Assembly (NCBI RefSeq): GCF_006345805.1
Contig: NC_043006.1
Span: 57,846,001 to 57,910,000 of the forward strand
Direction of reading: 5' to 3'
Length of the DNA stretch: 64,000 bases
DNA from: Octopus sinensis
Lineage: Eukaryota
This document shows, piece after piece, positions 26,312-37,838 of the stretch; the first letter of the stretch is position 1, and each line of letters begins with the position of its first letter. The translations under genes and the position numbers were made by a program. Under the pieces are notes generated by a model. The model was given only the letters and a program-made list of their open reading frames with translations. It had not been told where the DNA came from and ran no database searches.

Positions 26312-27811
26312 AAAATATATGGAAAACATAATCCTATTGTTTCTGAAATTGACCAACCCCTTTTTCATCTAATTCAAGACAATATCAAAGATAAAATTAT
26401 ACTTTGCGATGTTCCACAACTAACTTTGTTACAACTAACTCTCAATGGAATGAGAAATGAAATTAAGAATGTATATAGATCCAAATGACAAAATCTTCGG
26501 TCTGAGAGAGAAATAATCATAAAAACGAATATTAATACTGATGATATTAAATTATTTCAGAACCAAGCTTTTCAATAATTTCATTTTATTGTCTAATCTA
26601 GTAAAAATACTTCTTAAACTACTCCAGTTTGTTAATACAAAAAAGAAACAAAAATGTGCATACATGCACACACACCACTTTTTGAAATGACTTTATGAGA
26701 AACAAACCAAGATTCAGAAGACACATTGATGAAGGTTCTTTGTGTAAGAAACAGTAAGCTGTTCAGAGGACTGCAACATGTGACTTAGTAAGGAGCTTAT
26801 AGTCTCCTACTAACTTATGAGTCAAGATTTTGTATATTGTCTTCCATGCTTTTTCTGTCTCTCTTTGGAAGAAGTATTTAATTTATTCTACAAACGAATT
26901 GGAAATCAGACACTGAAGAAGTGGCTATTTAACCCTATATCACAATATTGACTATGAAATAGTTGAGTGATTAGACAGAGCTCCTGGGCCTCATGGAGGC
27001 AAAGTGGCTGAGTTCCTTTCGAGTGTTGGGCCTCATGGTTGCAAAGTGGCCAAGTTCCTTTCAAGCGTTGGGTTTCACAGAGGCAATGACCAAGACCTTT
27101 GATATTATGTCATACTTGAGAAGACCCACCAAGCTGAGCAAAATCACAGTCATGGCAGATACCCATATCAAGCAAATGGCACCTGTGCTGGTGGCACGTA
27201 AAAACACCCATTACACTCTTGAAGTGATTGGTGTTAGGAAGGGCATCATGCCATAGAATCATACTGGATCTTGGCACAGCCTTCCAGCATGCCAACCCAG
27301 TCAATCCGTCCAACCCATGCCAGCATGGACAAGAAACATTAAATGATGATGATGATTCAGGTGTTTGCATTAGTTATAAATATAAGAGAAATTTTGGTTT
27401 GATATTGGACTGTTAGCATTGGAATAACTTATCTGCATGTTTGCTGCTAGTTGAGTGACTATGAAAATACTTATGACCTTCGTGTGAGATGAGGAAGTAA
27501 ATACTCTCAGCAAACACAGTTAAAAGTACAAAAGTTTAATTTGATAATTTAAGTTCTTTGGAGATGCTTTGCTGTCATTAGTACTGTGGTCACTTCTCAT
27601 AGACAGTTCCATTTGCTTTTTTCTGTATCATGTCTTAATTACAATTTATACAATAAAAGACTTTGATGCTAATATTACATGTAAACAAACAAGAAACCAG
27701 ACTGATCATTTTGATTTCAGTTAGTTTTAAAACTTCCATTTTTTTTTTGTTTTTTGTAATTTATTTCTCATTATCTGTCTTGTAAACCTCTAACTCATAT
27801 TTTGTCTACAG

Positions 27812-28014
27812 AGACGTTCCTCATAAGAATGAGCTCAAAGCTGAAATCAACTTCAAACAATATATATATAGTTATTGACTGCAATGAAAACATCTTCACA
27901 ATCAAAGAAGCCACAGACAAGTACACACTTGAAAGATTAAACAAACACCCAGCTTTGAGAGAACTTACATCGACAATGGAGATATATGACTACAGATTGT
28001 TGCAAATATATATT
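27812..28014 (+). CDS. Candidate internal coding exon (203 nt, phase 1 to phase 0), product unknown
   Basis: Branch-like ctctaac, acceptor atattttgtctacag|, donor ATT|GTAAGT. One frame is fully open (TFLIRMSSKLKSTSNNIYIVIDCNENIFTIKEATDKYTLERLNKHPALRELTSTMEIYDYRLLQIYI); the other two are closed. Confidence 0.5.
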
Positions 28015-28829
28015 GTAAGTTAGCCGGCTGTTTTTCAGTCCAGCTTCACTAGAAAAAAATGACCTCTACCTACTTCAGATCTTTTAAGCAGCTACTCTAA
28101 AATGATTCATCTACTTGTTCAAAGATTCGTTTTTGACATAATGGTTAGCTTTTGAGCATCTACTCTAATTTTACTCATTCTCAGATATAAATGTTGATCT
28201 GCAGCTTAGTTTTAACTTTAGCTTAGGTTTTATTTATAATTTTTTTTTTTTTTGTTGAAAAAAAAACTGTTAACAATTAGAGTTTAAAATAAATTAAAAT
28301 TAAAAGAGTGAAATCAATCAAACAAAGTTACATGATAGCTAATATTTAGATATTAACCTTCAGCAAGAAATAGATATAAGCCTTTAGCAAGAAATATGCA
28401 GAACCAAAAAAGAAGCAAAAACAAAACAAAAACAAAAAAAAAACAGAGTATTGTCCTCTAGAAACATTTCATAGTAGCATATTAAAAACATAAATTGTCT
28501 TTGGATCTTTGATAAATTTAACAATGTAACTGTCATTTGCTCGCTCTTTCTGAGTTGCAATATAAGCAATACAATTGAGATGACTTCAAAAGACAGCTTT
28601 TGAAATTTCAAAAAGCAGCTAAAACAAAACAAACTCAATTGGAGATAAATGCTTTCCTGGGGGGTGAAAATAAAATTAAAAAAAGGTTGGAAAGCAAGTC
28701 TTCAACAAAAATCATTTTAATTGTATCATTTTTTTTACATTGTCGTTTGCTTACACAATATTGTTTTTGTTTATTTATTTATCTATCATCATCATCACCA
28801 TCTTATTACTATTGTTATCATTTAAGGCA

Positions 28830-29060
28830 TTGAGCAGTCAGAATTGTTAGCACACTGGCTGAAATACTTAGCAGTATTTCACCCATCATTATGTTCTGAG
28901 TTCAAATTCAGCTGAGGTCAACTTTGCCTTTCATCCTTTCAGGGTTGATAAATTAAGTACCAGTTGCATGCTGGGGTTGATCTAATCGACTAGCCTCACT
29001 CCCCCAAAATTTCAGGCCTTGTATCTATAGTAGAAAGGATTATTATTATTATTATTATTA
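28830..29060 (+). mobile_element. SINE of the 2053-3575 family; further copies at about 20075-20270 and 39825-40035 (+) and 37680-37830 (-)
   Basis: Same core and (ATT)n tail. Confidence 0.85.
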
Positions 29061-29991
29061 TTATTTTATTTATAAGTAAAAATAAAATGAACCTAGACGA
29101 TAATTAGCAGTAGGTAACACAAAGTGTGGCCAACATTACATATGGTTGTCATCTACTGCAGTTGACACTAGTTGAGTACTTTATGAAATATTAGCATTAA
29201 TGAAATGTTTGCACCAATTCATAAAGACCAAAATAAAATGCCATCATGCATTTAGATTAAAACATTCAAGTAATTGCTCACATATTTGCTTTTGCTTTAT
29301 TAACCAAATGCCACTCAACAAAATAAAATAAAGCTACTTTAAAGTGCCTGGCACTTTGTGAACAGAGTGGTACATACAGTTCCTTGCAAACAACAGTAAA
29401 TACAATATCCCACAAAAGTACATCAGATTTTATTTTAAATTCTGGTTATTTTTATCATCCAATCTTTCATTTAAATTCTACACATACTTATGACTTAAAT
29501 AAATAGTAATGTTTAAAAGAATGCTAAGTTTAAGGAAATAAAATATATACAAACAATGGATGTGTGGTTAAGAAGTTCATGTCTCAACCTCATGGTTCTC
29601 GGTTTAGACATTGTGGTGTAGCATTGTGGGCAACTATTTTTGATCATCGGCCTCAAGAAGACCAAAGCCTAATGGATGACGGTTTTACATGGGCTGTGAG
29701 GAGACTAAGCCCATTACATAAATATGTTTCATTTGTTTTTACATATTTTTTCCACACAGGCATAAGTTAGATATATATATCATTGAGGCAATGTTTTACA
29801 GGTGGATGCCCTTCTTGTCACTAACCCTTACCAGTTTTCCAAGTAAGAGATATCTTATTCCATACATCTTTAAAGGCACCAAAGCATCAGATAACCTACC
29901 AAACAGCTGAGTAATTGCAAATACACTGAAAACAGTATGCATGCTCAGTGGTACACATGCACACATAGAGAAACACACACATATACACAAA

Positions 29992-30327
29992 TGGAACCCT
30001 TCATCATACACAATGGAGTGAAACAGTGTTGTGTGCTTACCTACCACTTCATTTAGCATCTTCTCTACAGTCATGCTGAAGGATACCTTTGGAACATTAC
30101 CAGATGGTATTTACCTTTACACATGATCAAGCAGAAAACAGCTCGGACAGTCTCAATTCATGGTGAAAACCAAAGTACACAAAATACTCATTAGGGACAT
30201 CCAGTCGGCAGATGCAATATAGAACTGGCAACACACTCAGTGGAGCAACTGCAACACTTCATGGACAGTCTCGCAAAGAGCCTGTTAAGCTTTCATCTTG
30301 ACCATCAGTCTGGAGAAGACAAAAGTG
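29992..30327 (+). mobile_element. RTE (BovB-like) reverse transcriptase fragment, degraded
   Basis: MEPFIIHNGVKQCCVL, DGIYL, KTKVHKILIRDIQSADA, LQHFMDSLAK match the RTE RT pattern GVKQGCVLAP...RDxLFADD. Confidence 0.8.
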
Positions 30328-31599
30328 GGGGAGGGGCCAAGGGGTTAAGTCCTCTTCCACTACTGCCATCAACTGTGAGCTGTAGGCAACTCATGTGGCT
30401 GTGTGATAAGAAGCTTGCTTCCCAACCACATGCTTCCAGGTTCAGTCCCACAGTATGACGCTTTGTGCAAGTGTCTTCTACAATAACTTCAGGCCAACAA
30501 AGCTGTGTGAATGGATTTGGTAGGCAGAAACCGAAAGAAGCCCATTCATCATCATCGTTGTTTAATGTCCGCTTTCCATGCTGGCATGAGTTGGATAGTT
30601 TGACTGAGAACTGGTAAGCTAGGAGGCTGCACCAGGCTCCAATCTGATTTGGTAAGGCCTTTACAGCTGGTTGCCCTTCCTAATGCTAACCACTCCCAAA
30701 GTATAGTGGATGCTTTTTATATGCCACTGGCATGGGTGCCAGTCAGGCAGCACTGGCATTGGCCACGCTTGAATGGTGCATTTTACATGCCACTGGCATT
30801 GAATCATGGATAAACTTTTTTCCTCGAGAAAGCCAACATTTTTTGGATTTTACTAAGATCTGGGGTGAAGCCTCTTATGCCATAAACACTGAAATGTGGT
30901 AATTCTTACAACTGAGTTGGGTTAATGTCAGAAGAGGAATGTAATATTATTTAAATAGATACTGTGAATAATATTTTCAATAACCTTTAATTCTTGTTAT
31001 AGTGATTTAGAAGGGAAGATTTTAATTGTGTTTTGAACTCCTCCAAAGTTTCATATTTCCACAGAACTCTCATAAAACAGTATTTTAGCTTGGAGAATTT
31101 TCTAGTGCAAATACACGGATGGAGATGGAACATTTCAACATTTGGCATCTGGTGCCTATTCTCTACAGGTGAAAAATTAAATATCATTCTGACAGATATA
31201 ACAAACAGTTAGAGCAGACCCTTAGATGTGGAATATGTTACTAAACATCCAATTAAAACTCAGAAACTGAATCAAGCATGAAGAACAATTTCAGTGTTTA
31301 GATGTTGAATAGGAAAGTAATAAAAGATACTTCACCATATGGAGAGAGAAAAATTATATTCAATATTTTGGCTATAACAAGGCCTTATTATCCAATTATG
31401 AACTGAAAAAATTTGCTGCCAGAAATAAACTGTAAACAACATTAGATTATTGAATAGTTTTATAAAGGTAGACAAAGAATTTGTCATATTTGTGAATGAT
31501 TGTATGCAGTTGATGCACCTAGCTAAGATATTCTTCACTGCAGGTATGTAGTTTTTAGGAACAGTCCATCATATATATATATATTATATATATATATAT

Positions 31600-32260
31600 A
31601 TATATATGTAATGGATGAATGAATTATCCTTTGTTTACAGTTAACACAGAAAATTCAATAAACAGTTACCAGGGTAGCAAAATTCATGCAAGTAACAAGG
31701 ATGTAGCGACCTATTCAAAGGTAGAAACTCCGGATTAATGTGCAGTAATTTGTATAGTATAAGTAAATAAATGGAGTTGAATGCAGGTGTTATTCAAATT
31801 CTTTTACTTTCGACATATGTTTTGAAGACAACATTGGTTTTATTCCAAAGGAATAAACAGTGTAAAATAATGTAATCTTCTCATCAGGAAAGAAAGAGAA
31901 CCTATCTAAGTAACAAGACATTATAACAATTTTGATGACTGCATAAATGATAAACAGAACGCTATTAAGTATTTTTTAATAAAAACGTTAGTAGATCTGA
32001 CGTCAAAGAAAGACCATAGGAAGAGAAGGAGTAAAGAAATACTAAGTAAAGAACAAATAAAGAGGGTTGAAAAAAATGTTCAAAGGCTTGGAAGTAGATT
32101 TCTCTATTGAAGTAAAGTGCAAGGTGAACTAAATGTTCAAACTATACAGACTGGTATAAATCACTAATATGAGCTAAAGGTATGTTTCTGCCAGTGCTTA
32201 CATTTGTAAGATCATTCAATATTCTCTTCTCTAAGAATTACCTTGTTAACACACTTATAG
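31600..32260 (-). mobile_element. Second Penelope-like non-coding remnant, abutting a (TA)n tract
   Basis: T-rich minus strand containing a hammerhead fold; terminal foldback 32123-32204 / 32663-32745. Confidence 0.55.
31807..31892 (-). ncRNA. Minimal type I hammerhead ribozyme fold, probably inactivated (G12A)
   Basis: Minus strand: CUUUC-CUGAUGA-GAAGAU...GUCUUC-AAAA-CAUAUG-UC-GAAAG. Perfect 5-bp stem I, canonical CUGAUGA, palindromic stem III, GUC triplet; GAAA to AAAA fits a CpG transition at 31823. Confidence 0.78.
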
Positions 32261-32269
32261 AATGTAAGC

Positions 32270-32660
32270 GGAGGCGCAATGGCCCAGTGGTTAGTGCAGC
32301 AGACTCGCGGTCGTAGGATCGCGGTTTTGATTCCCAGACCGGGAGTTGTGAGTGTTTATTGAGCGAAAACACCTAAAGCTCCACGAGGCTCCGGAAGGGA
32401 TGGTGGTGATCCCTGCTGTACTCTTTCACCACAACTTTCTCTCACTCTTACTTCCTGTTTCTGTTGTACCTGTATTTCAAAGGGCCGGCCTTGTCACTCT
32501 CTGTGTCACGCTGAATATCCCCGAGAACTACGTTAAGGGTACACGTGTCTGTGGAGTGCTCAGCCACTTACACGTTAATTTCACGAGCAGGCTGTTCCGT
32601 TGATCGGATCAACTGGAACCCTCGTCGTCGTAACCGACGGAGTGCTTCCATCCATCATCC
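32270..32660 (+). mobile_element. Young full-length tRNA-derived SINE
   Basis: A box TGGCCCAGTGG, B box-like GGTTTTGATTCC; many intact CpGs; 11-bp TSD AGAATGTAAGC at 32259-32269 and 32661-32671. Confidence 0.9.
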
Positions 32661-33147
32661 AGAATGTAAGCACTGGCAGAAACATACCTTTAGCTCATAT
32701 AAGTGATTTATACCAGTCTGTATAGTTTGAACATTTAGTTGCACCAATTCATGAAAAGCTCCTTTTGTGTTGGGTCTCATGGAGGCAATGACTGAGACCT
32801 TTGGCATTATGCTGTGCTTGAGAAGTAGACTCATCAAGCCAAGTAAAATTGCAGTTATAGCAGATACTGGTGCCATGCAAATGGCACCTGTGCTAGTGGC
32901 ATGTAAAAGTACCCATTATATTCTCAGAGTGGTTGGTGTTAGGAAGGATATCCAGCTCTAAAAACCATGCCAAATCAGACTGAGTTTGGCACAGCCTTCC
33001 AGCTTGCCAGCCCTGGTCAAACCGTCCAACCCATGCCGACATGGACAACAGACAGTAAACAACGATGATGACACTCACAGTTGAAACTAATACAATGAAC
33101 TAAAAGAATACACACACATACATACATACATAAATAAATAAATAAAT

Positions 33148-33310
33148 GGCGTTAGGAAGGGCATGGCGTTAGGAAGGGCATCCAGCCGTAGAAACACTGC
33201 CAGATTTGACTGGGCCTGATGAAGCCTTCTGGCTTCACAGACCCCAGTAGAACCGTCCAACCCATGCTAGCATGGAAAACGGACGCTAAATGATGATGAT
33301 GATGATGATG
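33148..33310 (+). mobile_element. Short RTE-tail insertion, near-identical to 6978-7128
   Basis: About 130 bp matches with one difference seen; the 17-mer GGCGTTAGGAAGGGCAT is tandemly duplicated at the 5' junction. Confidence 0.9.
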
Positions 33311-33384
33311 AAATAAATACAAAAGTGTGTGTGTGTGCATGTGTGTTGTGCGTGAGAGCATGTGTGTGTAATTAATCACTATTA

Positions 33385-33838
33385 ATTTCAGCAGTGAGGA
33401 TTTGGTGATCAATTGTATTCGCTACTTATTGGATTAGCATGAAGGCAGCTGAGCATTCCACAGACATAGGTACCCTTAATATAATCCTCAGGTTGAATGA
33501 GCATGATACAGTATAGTGTGTGTGTGAGAGAGAGAGAAACAAGGTACCTTAGAATTAGAGGTACATTCTATCCAACAGGTTTCCACACAGTTTCCATCTA
33601 TCCACTTTCACTCAAAAAGCTCAGATTCATTCAAGGCACTGATGAGAGACACCTCTTCAAAATATCACGTAGTAAATAAGCCTGGGACTACAAGATTGCA
33701 AAGTGAACTCCTTTAACCTTAATGCCATACTGTAAGGATTACATTGAAGGTACATATGTCTGTGGAATGCTCAGCTGCTTTCATGCTAAACCAATAAGTA
33801 GCGAATACAGTTGATCATTGAACCCACACTGATGAAAC
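33385..33838. repeat. Inverted repeat pair of about 96 bp (33385-33480 / 33743-33838) around a SINE fragment
   Basis: tgtattcgctacttattggattagcatgaaggcagctgagcattccacagacataggtacc versus its near reverse complement. Confidence 0.8.
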
Positions 33839-35480
33839 TAACAAAGATACATCATACACACACATATGATCATTTTAATGCTTACGCTGCCAGAAATTTA
33901 GAGGTCATTTTCTACAGATGGATATTCTTCCTTGTTTTCAAGCAAATTAATATTTCTCTGTGGTCACAGATTTTCATAAAAGATTAGAAATGAACAACGC
34001 TGCTTGTATGAGATGGAAGCTCGTTTACATCTACTGCGCAATGTCAAAACAAGATAACATAAAAGTACACACACGCACACACACAGAAGGGATTTCTTTC
34101 AGCTTCAGTCTCCCAAATTCACTCACATGGCTTTGGTTGGCCTGGGGCTATAAAAGAAAATAGCTGCTCAAAGTGCCATGCAATAGGACTGAACTTGAAA
34201 TTACATGGTTAGGAAGTGAACTTCTTAACTTCACAGTCATGCTTGTGCCTTTAGATGTACATAATATGCATGCATGGACAAAACAATTAATAACAAACTG
34301 TGTAGAACACAGCATTCACTTTTTGTATTCGTCTTTGACAACAAAATTAAAGCTAATATTGCACGTAACATTATTTTATTGTGGTCGACGACCAGGCTTG
34401 TCACAGCTAAATTACTTTATTGATTTGTGGATAATATATTTTCCCATCCTATAGAAATCAAATAAAACCATCTTATCAGTTATTCTGCATTTTTATTATT
34501 TTTGGATAAATTCATAGTTTTCTATGTATACATACATGCATATATATTCTAACACCTTTAAAGTTTTTTAATGTAGGCGCTGCCACCACTAGCCAGTTAC
34601 TGATGTACACAAAATGACTGCCTCGTAAATTTGGCCATAGATTAAGACCAGTCCTTAGTTTAAGAACAGCACTAGATTATTTTCGATTATATTACAAAAT
34701 GCACAAATGGTAAAACTTTAATGCAAAAGTTGTGACAAACATGAAACTGGTCATAGACACTGTGATCAACAAACCCAGCTATATTTACGAATATTAAATA
34801 CCAGCCATCATTATTCTCCTCCTATTTCCAAAATGTCAACACTCTGCAGGGTAGAAGGGTGTATCATTAATTATAAGTATGGTTATGATTCAGCAAGTTA
34901 ATGACTACCACTAACTGGGTGGATGTCTACTTGATCCAAGGCAAACACAAATGAAAGACCACTTGGATAGGCAAGGGCACAGTTGTTTTTGCTTTCTTTT
35001 TCTCCACAGCAGGCTTCAATCTCCACAATTGCTGTTATTACAACAATTGTAGAGATTGAAAACTATTTCCAAACACCCAGACATATTTATTATCCTTTAT
35101 CTTTTACTTGTTTCTGTCATGCTGGGGCACCACCTCAAAGAATTTTAGTCAACCGAATTGACCCTAATACTTTTTTTATGCTTTGTAATGCTTAGCACTT
35201 ACTCTATTGGTCCCTTTTGCCAAACTGCTAAGTTATGGGGACATAAATACACCAACACCAGTTGTCAAGTGGTGGTGGGGAACAAACACAAAGACACACA
35301 CACAGATATATGTATATGACAAGCTTTGTGCAGTTTCTATCTACCAAATCTACTCACAAAGCTTTGGTTGGCCCAAGTCTTTAGAAGAAAACACTTGCCT
35401 AAGGTGCCATGCAGCAGGACCAAAACTAGAACCATATGGTTGGGAAGCAAAATTCTTACCACACCACAGCCATACCAATG

Positions 35481-35520
<40 letters not shown>

Positions 35521-36127
35521 ACATGGTATATAAAAAGCAGCCAGCAAACTCTATTAAAGTGGTTAGCATTAGGAAGGGCATCCAGCCATAGAAATCATGC
35601 CACAACAGACAATTGGAGTTTGGACAGCTCCCAGCTGGCCAGTTTCATGTCAAACTGTCCAACCCATGCCAGTATGGAAAGTAGACATTAAACAATGATG
35701 ATAACGATGATGAACGTCCTGAGACACTATCGCTCTACCTCTCCCACTCGGCCTAAACAAACATAAGGAAAAGATACACAGAAATAACCACAACATCAAA
35801 AACCTCACTTGCTGCACATAACAACAAGGGCAGAGGAATAACTACTGTACTTTGATAGTGTCCACTATGCTCATATCCTGTGTGGCCACCACCAATATCT
35901 ACTGACACACAAGAAAATGCCGAACAGAGTAGCAAGTGCAATATATCCTTTCACACTGCACTCCACACAGTTTATTGTGACATGTCAGAGTGTGTAGTGT
36001 GGTCCTCAATTAGGTGGTGACAGAACATGACAGGGAAGTTGGACCTATGGGTCACACTTTGTCATTTGATTGAATACCCAGATATCAAAAGAATGTTTGA
36101 TCAGAGCTCACTTGGTACTACAACAAT

Positions 36128-36486
36128 AACAACAAGAGCACTCAGAGAGTGCAAGCTTCCGCCAAAGCAACATCAATGTCCTCTCAACAATTAGCCAGAG
36201 ATGATTTTTAAAATGAGAATATCTGAAATAAACTCAACTGCTCACACAAATGAGAATACAAAATATGAACCTGACCACTCTCAAAAATTAAGTAAAAAAA
36301 AACAGAAAAATAATCCAGAATTCTTGTCTGGTCCCCAACTGATCCCAAAATCTAATCAGTTCATGAAGCCAAACATCCCTGAAAGTTTCATCCAATTTCA
36401 TTTGGTGGTTCTTGAGATATCTTGTCCATAAACAAACAAACGTAACTGAAAACAATACCTCTGCCTTCGCCGAGACAGAGGAAATA
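36128..36486 (+). mobile_element. Possible Helentron-associated (HINE/DINE-like) non-autonomous element
   Basis: 5' aacaagagcactcagagagtgcaagcttccgccaaagc and a 3' hairpin cctctg...cagagg just before an A-rich end; family call from memory. Confidence 0.45.
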
Positions 36487-37838
36487 ATTAGAAATGGACC
36501 AGCCCAACCATGCCTACAGCATACATGTTAATCCACAGGTTCTTTCTCATAGACATGGAAACTTCTTCATTGCTTCTACCATCAAAGGGACATGACATTT
36601 CAAAGATGTAGATATTTTTTTACCCTTCCTGTTTGCAACAAGACATTCAAGACTTAGTCATATCAAAATCTGTTACACCAGAACTAGTTTGGATGGTCCC
36701 TACATATCATCACACTTGGTTAAAAAATAGTTTTGCTCTTCAATGGGCAGGCCCTCTCACCAGGGACATGACCTAGTTTAATATCAAACTCAGAGATGGC
36801 TATGTCCCTCTTAGCTGGGACATGACTTAGTTTAATATCTGACAAGGGTGGTCATATTTTATAGACAGGCTCCTGAAGGCAGACTCCAGCCAAAACAGAC
36901 AATTCTCTTCTGTTTTTCAGTACCCAAATGTCATATACTATTATTTACCAATTCTATTATATCAAAATTTTCTGTACATTCAGATCACTTTAAGTAGTTA
37001 TACCTGCAAGGAACTTCAAGGATTAGTTTCTCAGGAAGTACTCCTTACTACAGGTTCAGGTTCTCTTGATATGAAAACTTCTTCCTATAGATATATCATG
37101 GAAAGGGATAAATAATGCCAAACTGACTTATCCTAGATTAACTGTATGAATACAAATTTATTAGGAGTAACCTTGCTGTTTAGGTCAGACAATAAACATT
37201 CTGTAGAATGATTATTGTCAATAGTTAGATAGATATGACCGGGATAACTGATGAGCAATCTCACTAAAAACAATCTTATGATGATAGAAAAGCATAGGTG
37301 TTGGAATTTGTAGCATAGTCCTCAGTTATACTGTGGACAGAGTTAGATCCCATGTGTTAGGGTAATCCTTGTTGTTGTTGTGTAGCCCCTGGCCAACCAT
37401 GATTGAGCATTCCTATATTATTCCCAAATAATGACACATAACACTCAAACATTTTTCCCCTAATTGTGGCCAATATTGAATCAATTTAATAGAGAAAAGA
37501 AAAAAGAAAAGAAAAAAGCAGGTCTGCTAACAGGATCTGAACTATCCACGTGCTGCTTACCAGGCAACTGTGTTAGCAATTACGCAACAGAAAACCTGCC
37601 ATTCCTTCTTAATTTAAGTAACATGAGTTTTTAGTATATTTAATATCAGGCGTATTATCGCATAATGATTTCAAATTTTGGTATAAGGCCAGCAATTTCA
37701 GGGGATGATGCAAATTGATTAAATCAACCCCAGTACTCAACTGGTACTTATTTTATGGATCCCAAAACGATGAAAGGACAAATCAGACTTAGTGGAATTT
37801 GAACTCAAAACATGAAAATGTAAGAAATGCCACTAATA

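Noticed and set aside
32270-32345. tRNA gene (also at 5730-5790)
   Set aside because: A and B boxes are present but there is no complete cloverleaf; both continue into SINE bodies, and the 32270 copy has a TSD.
35720-36110. Cys-rich remnant of a LINE ORF
   Set aside because: Too degraded to assign without a database search.
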